A stretch of 42,768 bases of DNA, from IMG/VR virus record IMGVR_UViG_3300025885_000007; one strand, 5' to 3'. The notes beneath the pieces were generated by a model, which was not told the DNA's origin, made no database searches, and was given only the letters and a program-made list of their open reading frames with translations. Shown here piece after piece: positions 1-8,679 of this stretch (the first letter of the stretch is position 1; each line of letters begins with the position of its first letter). This stretch comes from a virus. The position numbers and the translations under genes were made by a program.

Positions 1-99
1 GAGTAGGAGGCGAAGGGCTTCTGCTGGTTGGGCATCGGGCCTTCGCGGTTCTTCATCACCACCTTGCCATTGCCGATGGCGATACAGCGATGCCTCATT
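1..99. repeat. 99-bp terminal direct repeat, copy 1 (identical to 42670..42768); circular-assembly overlap or true terminal repeat
   Basis: Compared block by block: 1-99 equals 42670-42768 exactly. Confidence 0.95.
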
Positions 100-974
100 C
101 CATCGGTGACGAACTCGTCCGGGACGTCTCCGTGCATCTCCCAGATTTCCACCGGCTTGGCGAACTGCTCTTTCTGCCGCGCCATGTAGTCGTACTCGTT
201 CCGGAACGTGACCTTGCGCGAGACCCACTCCGAGGCCTGGGACCCCTGAAGCGGGTAGTCCCTGAGACGCATGACGGCATTGCGATCGAAGTAGGGATAG
301 GGACCGTTGGCATCGTCCATCAGGTTGTCCCAGTCGTCCCAGTAGCGGTGGATGACCCAGGTCATATCGGCAATCCGCTTCCGGGCCGGCTGCTGCCAGA
401 AGTCGAGACGATCCACAACTTCCCAGGTCGGGCCGTTGAATAGCTCGGCCTTGCCTTCGTACATGACCGGGATGGTGATGCCGGGGGCGATAGTCTCGTA
501 TTTCCGGTATCGGTTCATCCGGGTCAGGTTCTTCCAGCCCCACCGCGCGACACCAGTCCCGCAGATGTCGGCTTGGAGGAAGAAGTCCACCGCCCGCATC
601 ACCGAATCGGCGTCCTTCATCTGGGCCGAGACCAGGACTTCGTTTCTCTTGGCTCTTGCCACATCTTCCGGGGCGTAGCCCTCGAAGCTAACGATGGGCC
701 ACGCTCCGAACGACGTCTGCACCTTCCGGGCGACGTCGCTCTGGATCATGGCAAAGGTGAAGGGGATGGTGATGTTGTTCCGGAACTGAGCGATTCTTCC
801 ACCCCAGATGCCGCGGTAGGTGTTGTAATGCTTCTGGGTGTTGGCGAAGGTGGTGGCGTTGTAGTCCATAGAGGCTTTGCGCCTCGCATCCACCAGTTCG
901 ATGATCCGGTCATCGGAAACGCCAAACCTATTCGGAGGCGCCGCCCCCGTCTTCCCGGCGTACGGAGAAGCCAC
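1..974 (-). CDS. Portal protein, N-terminal part; the gene wraps the window junction and continues at 42768..41733
   Basis: The frame of ORF 41733..42767 stays open from 974 down to 100 and joins through the overlap (636 codons in total). GTG at 974 sits right after the TAG of the upstream gene, with a purine-rich SD. Alternative ATG at 869. Lies between TerL and the scaffold/capsid genes. Confidence 0.8.
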   Translation of the reverse strand, partial: MASPYAGKTGAAPPNRFGVSDDRIIELVDARRKASMDYNATTFANTQKHYNTYRGIWGGRIAQFRNNITIPFTFAMIQSDVARKVQTSFGAWPIVSFEGYAPEDVARAKRNEVLVSAQMKDADSVMRAVDFFLQADICGTGVARWGWKNLTRMNRYRKYETIAPGITIPVMYEGKAELFNGPTWEVVDRLDFWQQPARKRIADMTWVIHRYWDDWDNLMDDANGPYPYFDRNAVMRLRDYPLQGSQASEWVSRKVTFRNEYDYMARQKEQFAKPVEIWEMHGDVPDEFVTDGMRHRCIAIGNGKVVMKNREGPMPNQQKPFASY

Positions 975-1187
975 CTAGCCCTTCTTCCTCGGGCGGTACT
1001 TGCTGTAAGTCTGGGCGAGGTTGGCCTGCCGTCGGGTCTTGGGGTTGCTGGAGTGGGTGGCGGCTTCGATGCGTGCCGCTCCGATCTTCTCGCCTTCGGG
1101 GATTCCCAGCGAACGGTGGAGTCCGCCTTCGGAGGTGGATTCACTCACGGCCTGAAGCGGGCGCTGCTTGATCTTTGCACGGGCCAT
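975..1187 (-). CDS. Small basic protein (70 aa) with GGLHRSLGIPEGEKI motif; conserved small phage/bacterial family, function unknown
   Basis: ORF track; ATG at 1187. The GGLH..LGIP.G.KI plus NPKTRRQA pattern matches a family I recognise (name uncertain, possibly DUF3008-type). Confidence 0.6.
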   Translation of the reverse strand: MARAKIKQRPLQAVSESTSEGGLHRSLGIPEGEKIGAARIEAATHSSNPKTRRQANLAQTYSKYRPRKKG

Positions 1188-1196
1188 CCTAGCCCC

Positions 1197-1439
1197 CTAC
1201 AGAATCTTGGTGCGCTCGTCGATTTCTGCCCGGCCGGACGATACGGCATCGGCAAGGCTCCGGTCTATCGCAGTTATCAGTTTGTTGCGCTCGACGTTGA
1301 GGCTCACCAGCTTTTCGGTGGTCTCAGCGTCCAGCCCCTTCTTGGCGGCGCGGGCCTTGTGAACCAGGTCCTGAACCATGAAACCCTTGATGTTGACGAT
1401 GACGAGGCGGTCGATAAGAGAGCCAATGCTTTCGGTCAT
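1197..1439 (-). CDS. Small helical protein (80 aa), tentatively DUF4254-like
   Basis: ORF track. LIDRLVIVNIKGFMVQD...ERNKLITAIDR pattern. Sits immediately downstream of the GT9-like gene. The family call is tentative. Confidence 0.45.
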   Translation of the reverse strand: MTESIGSLIDRLVIVNIKGFMVQDLVHKARAAKKGLDAETTEKLVSLNVERNKLITAIDRSLADAVSSGRAEIDERTKIL

Positions 1440-1525
1440 GACTGAAGCTCCCGCCGATAGGCCTTCCCAGCCACAAAACCCACCTGCATGGCCTTGAGGA
1501 CGAGCCAGACCCAGACCCGAATCAC
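1436..1525 (-). CDS. 29-aa hydrophobic bridging ORF (MIRVWVWLVLKAMQVGFVAGKAYRRELQS)
   Basis: GTG at 1525 overlaps the upstream TGA (GTGA), and its own TGA overlaps the next ATG (ATGA). Below the ORF-track size cutoff. Confidence 0.3.
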   Translation of the reverse strand: MIRVWVWLVLKAMQVGFVAGKAYRRELQS

Positions 1526-2361
1526 GCTGTGACTTCCTGCTTGAGCCAGCGGTCCCGGAACCTTGGCCACTCCGTCCTCAGTACCGTCTCCGTCTCGTTG
1601 AGTTGGTTTTCTCCGAGGCCACTCCAGATGACTCGCGGGGCTTCCCCAATTGAATCGTGGACCCGGATAGAGTTGACCTTCATTGCTTGGGCAAGAGCCG
1701 CCATGGAAGAGCCACAACCGATGAAACAAGCGGCTTCACCCATGAGCTTGGCGGTCTCCAAAAGACTTCCTCCGTCGTCGAAGTCGCTCCAGTGGGGATA
1801 GGTTCGCGAACCAATCTCTCGGTCTGACTTGTCCCCAAGCCAGAGGACTTCGTCAAAGTGGTCGTCGAGTTCTCGGTGGATGCCGGCGAGGAACTTCCAG
1901 AAGGACGGGGTCTGTTTGGTGTGCGGGCAGATCGCTTGGCCATGGAGCAGGAGTAGATTCCTTTTGGTGGGTTGAGGGTCGAAGACGAAGCAGGGCTCGG
2001 TTTCCAGTGCTTTACGGTCGATGGTCACCGGCAGTTTGACGTTCTCCAGGGTTTCGAGCGTGATTTGCCGTTGCGGGAAGGTCCTGAACCCCATGTGGTA
2101 AATGCTGTGCTCGGCGAAGACCGAGGTCGGAAGGTTCATGTGGAACGGCTGCCCGCCGCACTGATAACCCTCTACCCCCTTCATCAGTTTGACCTCTCCC
2201 ACGCATGGCTGAGAGGCGAACAGGCTCTCCAGCGGCTTGCAGGTCCCTTCGTCGATCCAGCAGTCGAAGTTCTTTCCAGTGACTTTGGCCCACTGATACA
2301 TCACGGGAAACTGGAGGGTGGCATCTCCCATACGTCCCGGAAACGTCGCCACGATGCTCAC
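1522..2361 (-). CDS. GT9-like (heptosyltransferase-like) glycosyltransferase, 279 aa
   Basis: GTG at 2361 is preceded by GAAGGAGG and overlaps the upstream TGA. N-terminal IVATFPGRMGDATLQFPV and C-terminal LLETAKLMGEAACFIGCGSSMAALAQAM resemble the GT9 pattern. Confidence 0.55.
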   Translation of the reverse strand: MSIVATFPGRMGDATLQFPVMYQWAKVTGKNFDCWIDEGTCKPLESLFASQPCVGEVKLMKGVEGYQCGGQPFHMNLPTSVFAEHSIYHMGFRTFPQRQITLETLENVKLPVTIDRKALETEPCFVFDPQPTKRNLLLLHGQAICPHTKQTPSFWKFLAGIHRELDDHFDEVLWLGDKSDREIGSRTYPHWSDFDDGGSLLETAKLMGEAACFIGCGSSMAALAQAMKVNSIRVHDSIGEAPRVIWSGLGENQLNETETVLRTEWPRFRDRWLKQEVTA

Positions 2362-2975
2362 GAAGCCTCCTTCACGTAGAAAAGATCGTTGAGCGCATTG
2401 GGCTGAACCCGAGAAATCTTGGTGTAGCCGAACCCCGCCAAGTAGTCGTCGATCGGCCCGGTCAGATTCCAGCACTCGGTCACGATCACCTTGGGTCTCC
2501 ACCTAGCGAGCGCGATGCCTTTGAGCACGCTCAGTTCGGTGCCTTCGGTGTCGATGCAGAGGGCATCCAGCCTCGGGAACTCATGCTTGGCCAGCAATTC
2601 TTCGAGTGTTCGGACATCGACTTCGATCTGCTTCCAATCCAAGTACAGGGCGCGGCCCCGGGCGGGTACCTCCCCGATGGTCGAGTAAGCCTCCGGACCA
2701 TCGACGTTGATCGTCATAGTCGCCTTGCCGGTGAAGTCGGAGCAGGCGCATTTCTCCACGAACGCCCGGTGCCCGATGAGCCACTCGTGGAACTCCGGAT
2801 TGGGCTCCACGCTCAGGACCTTCCAGCGCCGCACCACCTCAAGGCCATAGGTGGTGTTGACGGTTTGGCCGTCTGAGGCTCCCACATCGATACAATAGCC
2901 GCGGTAGTTGGCGGGGAAATAGCTGGCGATGATGTCCGACAGGCCATGATTTGGCGAGACGCGCATGTGCGGCAT
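2358..2975 (-). CDS. FkbM-family SAM-dependent methyltransferase, 205 aa
   Basis: CIDVGASDGQT...VLSVEPNPE...LDALCIDTEGTELSVLKG motifs. ATG at 2975 lies 2 nt after the upstream TAG. The ORF-track N-terminal extension is alternate-frame. Confidence 0.75.
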   Translation of the reverse strand: MPHMRVSPNHGLSDIIASYFPANYRGYCIDVGASDGQTVNTTYGLEVVRRWKVLSVEPNPEFHEWLIGHRAFVEKCACSDFTGKATMTINVDGPEAYSTIGEVPARGRALYLDWKQIEVDVRTLEELLAKHEFPRLDALCIDTEGTELSVLKGIALARWRPKVIVTECWNLTGPIDDYLAGFGYTKISRVQPNALNDLFYVKEAS

Positions 2976-2977
2976 CG

Positions 2978-4198
2978 CTAGACCACAAAGCTTATGTCGG
3001 GAAGTGGGTACACGAAGGTCGTCCCGGCCTCTCTGAGCGCCGACTCTCTCTCGTGGAACTCGGACCGGAAAGCATAGGGAAAAACCATGCAGTAGTCGGG
3101 CTTGGCTTTTCTCAGGTCGGCCTCCGAGACAATCGGCAGCCATGACCCGACCGTGAACTTGCCTACCTTTGAGGGATTTCTGTCCGCCACCGCAAGAAAG
3201 CTATCGTCGCAGTCCAAATACTGGAGGATGGTCCCCATCTTGGTGCTAGCCCCGTACCCGTAGATCGGCCCCCTGGAGCGCATCGATCCCTTCAATAGGA
3301 ACCGCATCTGGTCCCGCCACTTTTTGATCCTTCTCGAAAAGGACTGCGCCTCTCCGGTTCCGACGTCGTAAAGGCCGATCAAATCAACTGCCCCTCCCGA
3401 GGCTGAATCCTTCATCGCGAATACCCTGACACTCCCGCCATTGACATCGTTGAACGTGATCCTGACGATCTTGAGCCCGTGCGCCTGGTAGATGTTCCGA
3501 AGCGCCGGCACCGAGTAATAGCAGAGGTGTTCGTGGCAAATGCTATCCACGGCATTGGTCTTCATCATCGTCCCGGCATCATTGAGTTGATTGATCCAGA
3601 CGCCGTCCTTGCTCAGCAGTCCCGCGATGTCGCGAACGAAGTCGCTGGGATTATCGACGTCGTAGAAGCAGGCCGCCGATGTGATGACCTGGACCGGGTC
3701 GTCCCTCAGGTCCCGGATGGCTTTCTCTGAGAAGTAGTTGGGGACCACGACGTCGGAGTGCTCCTGAAGCTGGGCGGTGAAGTTGGCCGCAGGCTCACAA
3801 GAGATGCGGACGAAGTTCTCGGGAACCATCGAGAGCAGGGTGCCGTCGTTGGCCCCGATGTCGAGCCATGCGCCCTCGTCGTGGAAGTCTCCGGCCGAGA
3901 AGACTAGATCTCTCAGAGCGTCGCGCATGGTCTGGTTGATTCCGGAGCGGTAGTAGAACTCCCGATAGAGCAGGTCGGGGTCTACCGTATGCTGAAGCTG
4001 TAGCAGGCCACAGAGGGCGCACTGGACCAGATGCAACGGACTCTTGGGGAGGGTGTCATCGGGCTCTTCGACGAAACGGGGGAGATAGTGGACTCCCAGG
4101 TCGAGCACCGAGACCAGCGTCTTCGATCCGCAGGCGCGGCAGGTATGACGCTCGGTATAGACCGGCTGGGCCACGGGCTCGACTTTGGACTTTCTCAT
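2978..4198 (-). CDS. NDP-hexose C-methyltransferase-like enzyme (TylCIII/NovU type: zinc-binding N-domain, SAM MTase, C-methyltransferase C-domain), 406 aa
   Basis: CRACGS...LVQCALCGLLQL zinc motif, YYRSGINQTM, LDIGANDGTLL SAM motif. ATG at 4198 with an AAGG SD. Confidence 0.7.
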   Translation of the reverse strand: MRKSKVEPVAQPVYTERHTCRACGSKTLVSVLDLGVHYLPRFVEEPDDTLPKSPLHLVQCALCGLLQLQHTVDPDLLYREFYYRSGINQTMRDALRDLVFSAGDFHDEGAWLDIGANDGTLLSMVPENFVRISCEPAANFTAQLQEHSDVVVPNYFSEKAIRDLRDDPVQVITSAACFYDVDNPSDFVRDIAGLLSKDGVWINQLNDAGTMMKTNAVDSICHEHLCYYSVPALRNIYQAHGLKIVRITFNDVNGGSVRVFAMKDSASGGAVDLIGLYDVGTGEAQSFSRRIKKWRDQMRFLLKGSMRSRGPIYGYGASTKMGTILQYLDCDDSFLAVADRNPSKVGKFTVGSWLPIVSEADLRKAKPDYCMVFPYAFRSEFHERESALREAGTTFVYPLPDISFVV

Positions 4199-4347
4199 GG
4201 CTGAGCCTTGAGCTTCATGCACCGCTTGAGCATGTTGGCGAGCCAGTGGGCGTCCACGAGTTTCATGCGATGAAGCCATACGGCTGCGACTGCTGCGGCA
4301 TGGATCTCTTCCTCGCTCGGTTCCGTGACGAAGATGCTTTGGGTCAT
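4195..4347 (-). CDS. 50-aa hypothetical protein (MTQSIFVTEPSEEEIHAAAVAAVWLHRMKLVDAHWLANMLKRCMKLKAQP)
   Basis: ATGA overlaps at both ends (with the TerL stop and the C-methyltransferase start). Fills an otherwise empty 145-nt gap. Below the ORF-track cutoff. Confidence 0.5.
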   Translation of the reverse strand: MTQSIFVTEPSEEEIHAAAVAAVWLHRMKLVDAHWLANMLKRCMKLKAQP

Positions 4348-6134
4348 CTCAGGGGCTCCCTAGGCACCGTTTCTCTCCATGAACGACTTTCGTCATCTTC
4401 GTAATCGTAGGGGTCGATGCCTTCCATGTAAATCGGCCGCGCTCCTCGGTCGTAAGCGGCCTTCTGGGTGTTGACCCTTCGCATCGGCTGGTAAAGGTCG
4501 GGCTGGAAGGCATCACTGAATGCGTCGGCTCGGTCAATCTTTAGTTTGGGGTTGACCATGTACTGGCCGATCCGAACGATTTGGTCAATGAGACCAATCA
4601 GTCCGGGGCCTTCCTTCACGAACTTCACGTGACCATCGACAATGTAGTTAGCCGCTGCTACCAGTCTCCCGGTAGGACCTCCGACCGAATGCTGGGCTTT
4701 GGGGGTCGAGTGTCTTGAGAACTCGTAGAAGGGCGGCATCGGCTCTCCCACGTCGTTGAAGTAGTTCTTGAGCAGCGGCTCCCATACGCCCTTTTTGCCT
4801 GACATCGTAGGCTCGTCGGTGATGGCGAAGACCCTGCGTCCCAGCCTGCGGTATTGCTGGACCTTGGCCACCAGGCGCTTGGCGAAGTCTTCCCCTCTCC
4901 AGGTGTTGGAGTAGGCGCACTCCACGACGTAGACATCTCCGCTTCCGTTTCTTGGATAGCCGACCACGACGTAGACGGTTTCATCCTTCCCTGCGAGTTT
5001 GCTTCCGTCCCAGAAGGCGGTATCACAGAGGATGGCGAAGCGGCACGTACCCCAAGGAAGGTCCTGAGGCGAGATCCAGCAGGCTTCCTGCATGCACTGA
5101 TCTCTCGTGACCGGATTGAACTCGGAAATACTGGGGTCGTTCATGACCTGGGCAGCGTATCTCAGGGGGTCGCGTCTCTGGAAGTCCTTGAGCCGTTTCT
5201 CAGGCCAGACCTTTGGAGTGGTGGGGTTGCCGTCTCGGTCTCTTCCCGCCAGGAAGTAGACGTGCCACTTGCCGTCCTCGGTGGTTGCGAGTGAGTCCGA
5301 CTCCATGCCGGAGATCGAAGCAATGCCTTCCTCACGGAATGCGGTGCCGAAGTGATCATCATCTCCGTACCTCGTGCCGACCCAGATGACAAGTCCATCG
5401 GATTGGATGACCGGGAACATGGAAGTCACCTGAGAGTTGACAGCAGAGAACCAGTTGGTGTCGGAGATCATGCGTTCGTAGGAGTTGGGGTCGTCCTCGA
5501 TCCACACGTCTGGGTGGGCTCCCACAATGCTGGTCTCTACGGCAAAGGTGCCGAAGCTCGGGTCCTTGCGGCTGGTGTTTCTTCGGGCCGAGTGGACGAT
5601 TTCCTTGCCGGTCCAGGTGCGGGCTCCGCTGCTCCAGTTGCCATAGAGCTGGGTGAAGAGCGAATAGGGGTCCGACCCATCGAAGACGGCTTTGATGCCG
5701 GCCAGCATCTTCTGGGAGAGTTCGGTTCTCTCGGAGCCGATGTAGATGCTCAGTTCCGGGTCTCTCAAGGCCAGCCATGAGGCTCCGGCCTGATTGATCA
5801 GCGTGGTCTTGCCGACCTCTCGGTGAACTAATACGGCGATGTGCTTCTGTTGACCTCGGCCGAGTCGTCTCCACTCCAGCCACTCGTCGATATGATGCTG
5901 GAACCATCGGGCGATGGGCTCGTGGATCTTGGGGTCGATCCAGACCTTGCCTTTGGGATTGGACTCAGCGCCAAAGACGGTGGTGAAGAAAGTCCAGAAG
6001 TCCAAACGGCCCGCATCTCGGAGCAGGGCCATTTCATCATCAGCGACGTCGGACCATCCGAGTCCGGGAGTGACGACTCTAGGTTTGCGGGACAACGGGC
6101 TCGTCCTTGAGGCTCTTGAGGAAGGTGGCGGCAT
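4344..6134 (-). CDS. terL: Terminase large subunit
   Basis: Walker A-like VHREVGKTT, Walker B-like DVWIEDDP, and a C-terminal nuclease-like region (ILCDTAF, ITDEP). Start is uncertain: ATG 6134 overlaps terS by 56 nt; alternative ATG at 6032 (MALLRDAGRLDFW). Confidence 0.85.
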   Translation of the reverse strand: MPPPSSRASRTSPLSRKPRVVTPGLGWSDVADDEMALLRDAGRLDFWTFFTTVFGAESNPKGKVWIDPKIHEPIARWFQHHIDEWLEWRRLGRGQQKHIAVLVHREVGKTTLINQAGASWLALRDPELSIYIGSERTELSQKMLAGIKAVFDGSDPYSLFTQLYGNWSSGARTWTGKEIVHSARRNTSRKDPSFGTFAVETSIVGAHPDVWIEDDPNSYERMISDTNWFSAVNSQVTSMFPVIQSDGLVIWVGTRYGDDDHFGTAFREEGIASISGMESDSLATTEDGKWHVYFLAGRDRDGNPTTPKVWPEKRLKDFQRRDPLRYAAQVMNDPSISEFNPVTRDQCMQEACWISPQDLPWGTCRFAILCDTAFWDGSKLAGKDETVYVVVGYPRNGSGDVYVVECAYSNTWRGEDFAKRLVAKVQQYRRLGRRVFAITDEPTMSGKKGVWEPLLKNYFNDVGEPMPPFYEFSRHSTPKAQHSVGGPTGRLVAAANYIVDGHVKFVKEGPGLIGLIDQIVRIGQYMVNPKLKIDRADAFSDAFQPDLYQPMRRVNTQKAAYDRGARPIYMEGIDPYDYEDDESRSWRETVPREPLR

Positions 6135-6612
6135 CGGCTTTGGACTGCTTCTCGTCGCGGATGATCTTGCGGGCTTTTTCCTGACACCATGCTGTGACTG
6201 CGACCAGTCCTCGGCCTCTCGGGTAGCCCTGGGGTGTGCCGGATCGTTTGAGCGCCGGCCATTCCCGATAGAGCTGCTTGACGCTCTTGATTCTCAGGGC
6301 GCGGAGTTCTTCTTCCTGGGTCAGGCCGTCTTCGGGGATGACTGGTGCCACGTCTCCGAGATCATTGATCTGGTGCGGGAAGGCTTCGGAGAAAGCGGCA
6401 CGGCAGAGATCCACTCCGAAGGCTTTCATGATCCGCATCATGCGGTGGACTCTCTCGGCGTGAGTTTGAGGCTCGGGCAAAGTAATAGCAGTTCCGCCCC
6501 GGTCCTCGCGCAGCATTTTCAGGGCGCGGAGCTTATCAGCGCCTTCGCCGTTGAAGGCGACGTCTTCGATCTCTTTGGAGATCTCGTCGATGGTGCGCTT
6601 GGGGTCGCTCAT
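6079..6612 (-). CDS. terS: Putative terminase small subunit (177 aa)
   Basis: Assigned by position only. It lies immediately upstream of and overlaps terL, and has an ATGA overlap with the preceding gene. No motif recognised. Confidence 0.4.
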   Translation of the reverse strand: MSDPKRTIDEISKEIEDVAFNGEGADKLRALKMLREDRGGTAITLPEPQTHAERVHRMMRIMKAFGVDLCRAAFSEAFPHQINDLGDVAPVIPEDGLTQEEELRALRIKSVKQLYREWPALKRSGTPQGYPRGRGLVAVTAWCQEKARKIIRDEKQSKADAATFLKSLKDEPVVPQT

Positions 6613-7679
6613 TCTTTCTTATAGGTGACGCAGATGGCTCCCCATGTCGGGACCCCGTCGAAGGCCGGATCGAGGTTGACTCCGGTTTTCGCCGCTGTGT
6701 AGCCCTCAGTGAACGGCGGTGCGGTGCTCAAAACCTGCCGATATCCGGTGGTGAGCGCAAGCCTGTTGGTGGCCTCGCTCACGTCGTGGAGTCCGGTGAG
6801 TCCACCGCTCCATGTTCCGCCAATAGTAATCCCGGCGCCGTCACTGTAGACCGCACCGACGAGCCCGAACACCAGTTCCTCCGACTGGGAGATTCCCCCG
6901 GTCGATCCCGATGATGGCTGATCCGGGTCAGCGCCCGCGGCATCGCCAGCGACGTCAAGCGCGGGAGAGGATAGTTGGGTCGCCTGGGCAACCGTGGCTA
7001 GGATTTGAAACGTATCGACGGGCCCGGTGATCACCACGCTTCCGGTGCCTGCGGTGAGGTCATTCCTCGAAAAGACGGACAGTCCGACATTTTCTCCAGC
7101 GGTTGAGAAATCGGGGTCCATGGAGCGGTCTCGTGCAAGCGATAGTCCGTTCCAGGTTACGCTCCCGCTCTGGCCTATTGTGTTGGTGGACGCCCAGACG
7201 ACGGACACGATGATGCTAGATCCCTGGCTCATGGCGACGTTGGGAATGGTCAGGACATTTGCGGAGGCGGTCGCGGAGCCCTTGTCGGTCACGCTGATCA
7301 TGAAGAACGCTCGTCCGCCGCTGAAGACGTCGGAGGTGCTTCTGCCGGTGGTGTGACCCGATGTCCCTCTCGCCGCGGAGTCGCCCCTCGCATCCGCCGT
7401 GGCGACGGTGATGCCCTTGCTCTTGAACTTACATTTGGGATTGGTGCACTCGGTCTCCCGTCGGATCGGGACTCGGGAGATGAGTTTGGTTTCGAGCGGC
7501 GACTTGCATCTTGGACAGCGCATGATTTCGCGCGCTGGAGTCTCGGCTGTGCGGGTTGCGTCCTGCGTGGGCATCGGGCCCAGCAGAGAGACTGAGCCTC
7601 GCGGTGGCAGCACGACTTTCGGGGCTGGCTTGATCTGGGGCTTGGGAAGCTTGCGGTCGGGATCGCGCTTGGCTTTCAT
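6609..7679 (-). CDS. Zinc-ribbon protein with a beta-rich C-terminal domain (356 aa), function unknown
   Basis: ATG at 7679, 8 nt after the upstream TAG. CPRCKS...ECTNPKCKF ribbon. The upstream 230 codons of track ORF 6609..8369 are an alternate frame of the neighbouring gene. Confidence 0.65.
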   Translation of the reverse strand: MKAKRDPDRKLPKPQIKPAPKVVLPPRGSVSLLGPMPTQDATRTAETPAREIMRCPRCKSPLETKLISRVPIRRETECTNPKCKFKSKGITVATADARGDSAARGTSGHTTGRSTSDVFSGGRAFFMISVTDKGSATASANVLTIPNVAMSQGSSIIVSVVWASTNTIGQSGSVTWNGLSLARDRSMDPDFSTAGENVGLSVFSRNDLTAGTGSVVITGPVDTFQILATVAQATQLSSPALDVAGDAAGADPDQPSSGSTGGISQSEELVFGLVGAVYSDGAGITIGGTWSGGLTGLHDVSEATNRLALTTGYRQVLSTAPPFTEGYTAAKTGVNLDPAFDGVPTWGAICVTYKKE

Positions 7680-7687
7680 GGTCCGTC

Positions 7688-8431
7688 CTATCCGTGGACT
7701 TCGATCCAGAGTTCGGCAACATCGAGGTCGGCGGTGTCGATAGCGGGTGAGGCACCAGACCAAGAGTAACGCAGGGCCACGTCGGTCAGTGCATTGACCG
7801 AGGCCCAACTCCATGGTTGGCCGTTGGGCTGGAGTGTAATTTGGCCGGTGCCGACGAAGAATTGCGGGCGGCTGTCTCCGACCCAGCTCTGGTCCCGTTC
7901 CAAGACAAATCCAACTGCGGCAACATCTCCTCCCACACCATTGGTCCCGAGCCCGGTGCCGATGGTCGGGTCGTCGTTGATGGCTGGAGACTCGGCGGAA
8001 TCGGGGCCGACGGTCCAGCCGAAGCGAGTCCCGGGATGGGTGGGAAATCCCGGCCAGGTCGAGGATGCTCCACCGTTCCATGCCACGCGGACATAGGGCC
8101 CGACGTCGGCGATGAACGCCTGAGCCCTGAACTTGAGGTAGCGGATGGCGAAGGTTTGAAAATGTGTCGGGACGTCGGCGATGACGGTGGCCTTGACTTC
8201 GGCAGTGCCGCTCGCTTGTGGGGAGGCTTGTCGGTAGCTGGTGGTGGTCTGGGGGCTTTGGTCGCCGAGTGGGCTTGGGGTCGTTGGCCTGACGATCACC
8301 AGCTTCGGTGCCGGAGGGCTGCCCCAGAAAATCAATTCTCGTTTGAACGAGAATCCGCACTCGGAGCAAACTTCACCGAGGTTGAGATGTCCACATTCGG
8401 GGCACGGGGCTAGTCCAGAAATGCTGGCCAC
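7688..8431 (-). CDS. Zinc-ribbon protein with a beta-rich C-terminal domain (247 aa), function unknown
   Basis: GTG at 8431 overlaps the upstream TAG by 1 nt. CPECGH...CSECGF ribbon, a Pro/Ser/Thr linker, then a Trp/Gly-rich domain. Confidence 0.65.
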   Translation of the reverse strand: MASISGLAPCPECGHLNLGEVCSECGFSFKRELIFWGSPPAPKLVIVRPTTPSPLGDQSPQTTTSYRQASPQASGTAEVKATVIADVPTHFQTFAIRYLKFRAQAFIADVGPYVRVAWNGGASSTWPGFPTHPGTRFGWTVGPDSAESPAINDDPTIGTGLGTNGVGGDVAAVGFVLERDQSWVGDSRPQFFVGTGQITLQPNGQPWSWASVNALTDVALRYSWSGASPAIDTADLDVAELWIEVHG

Positions 8432-8604
8432 TAGGACTTCCTGCGGATGGGCTTCTTACCTCGGTCCGGAGATCCGGTCGCATCCTCGTTGGCTTTCTCG
8501 TTCAGGTAGATGGCGATGGCCTGCTTGCGGTTGGTGACGGTTTTCCGGGAGCCGGACTTAAGCCGCCCAGACTCGAACTTGCTGAATACCCGACTAGCGG
8601 GCAT
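8431..8604 (-). CDS. 57-aa small basic protein (MPASRVFSKFESGRLKSGSRKTVTNRKQAIAIYLNEKANEDATGSPDRGKKPIRRKS)
   Basis: My own translation; below the track cutoff. The F..G.LKSGS...V..RKQAIAI motif belongs to a widespread small-protein family (possibly DUF6496-type). Confidence 0.55.
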   Translation of the reverse strand: MPASRVFSKFESGRLKSGSRKTVTNRKQAIAIYLNEKANEDATGSPDRGKKPIRRKS

Positions 8605-8679
8605 GGCGGAGCCATCCCATCAGTCGAGCACCGCGGCGGGACCGAGCGCCACAGCCATGGCGCTGCCAGCCGATCCATC

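Noticed and set aside
573-1445. 290-aa plus-strand ORF (with 90..443 and 352..678) opposite the portal and small-gene region
   Set aside because: It is antisense to a frame with clear portal-like sequence and coupled neighbours. The composition is Gly/Arg/Val-rich with no motifs. It is a typical shadow ORF of GC-rich DNA.
7680-8369. N-terminal 230 codons of the 586-aa track ORF 6609..8369
   Set aside because: The Arg/Pro/His-rich sequence is an alternate frame of the 247-aa zinc-ribbon gene. A proper ATG at 7679 follows that gene's stop by 8 nt.
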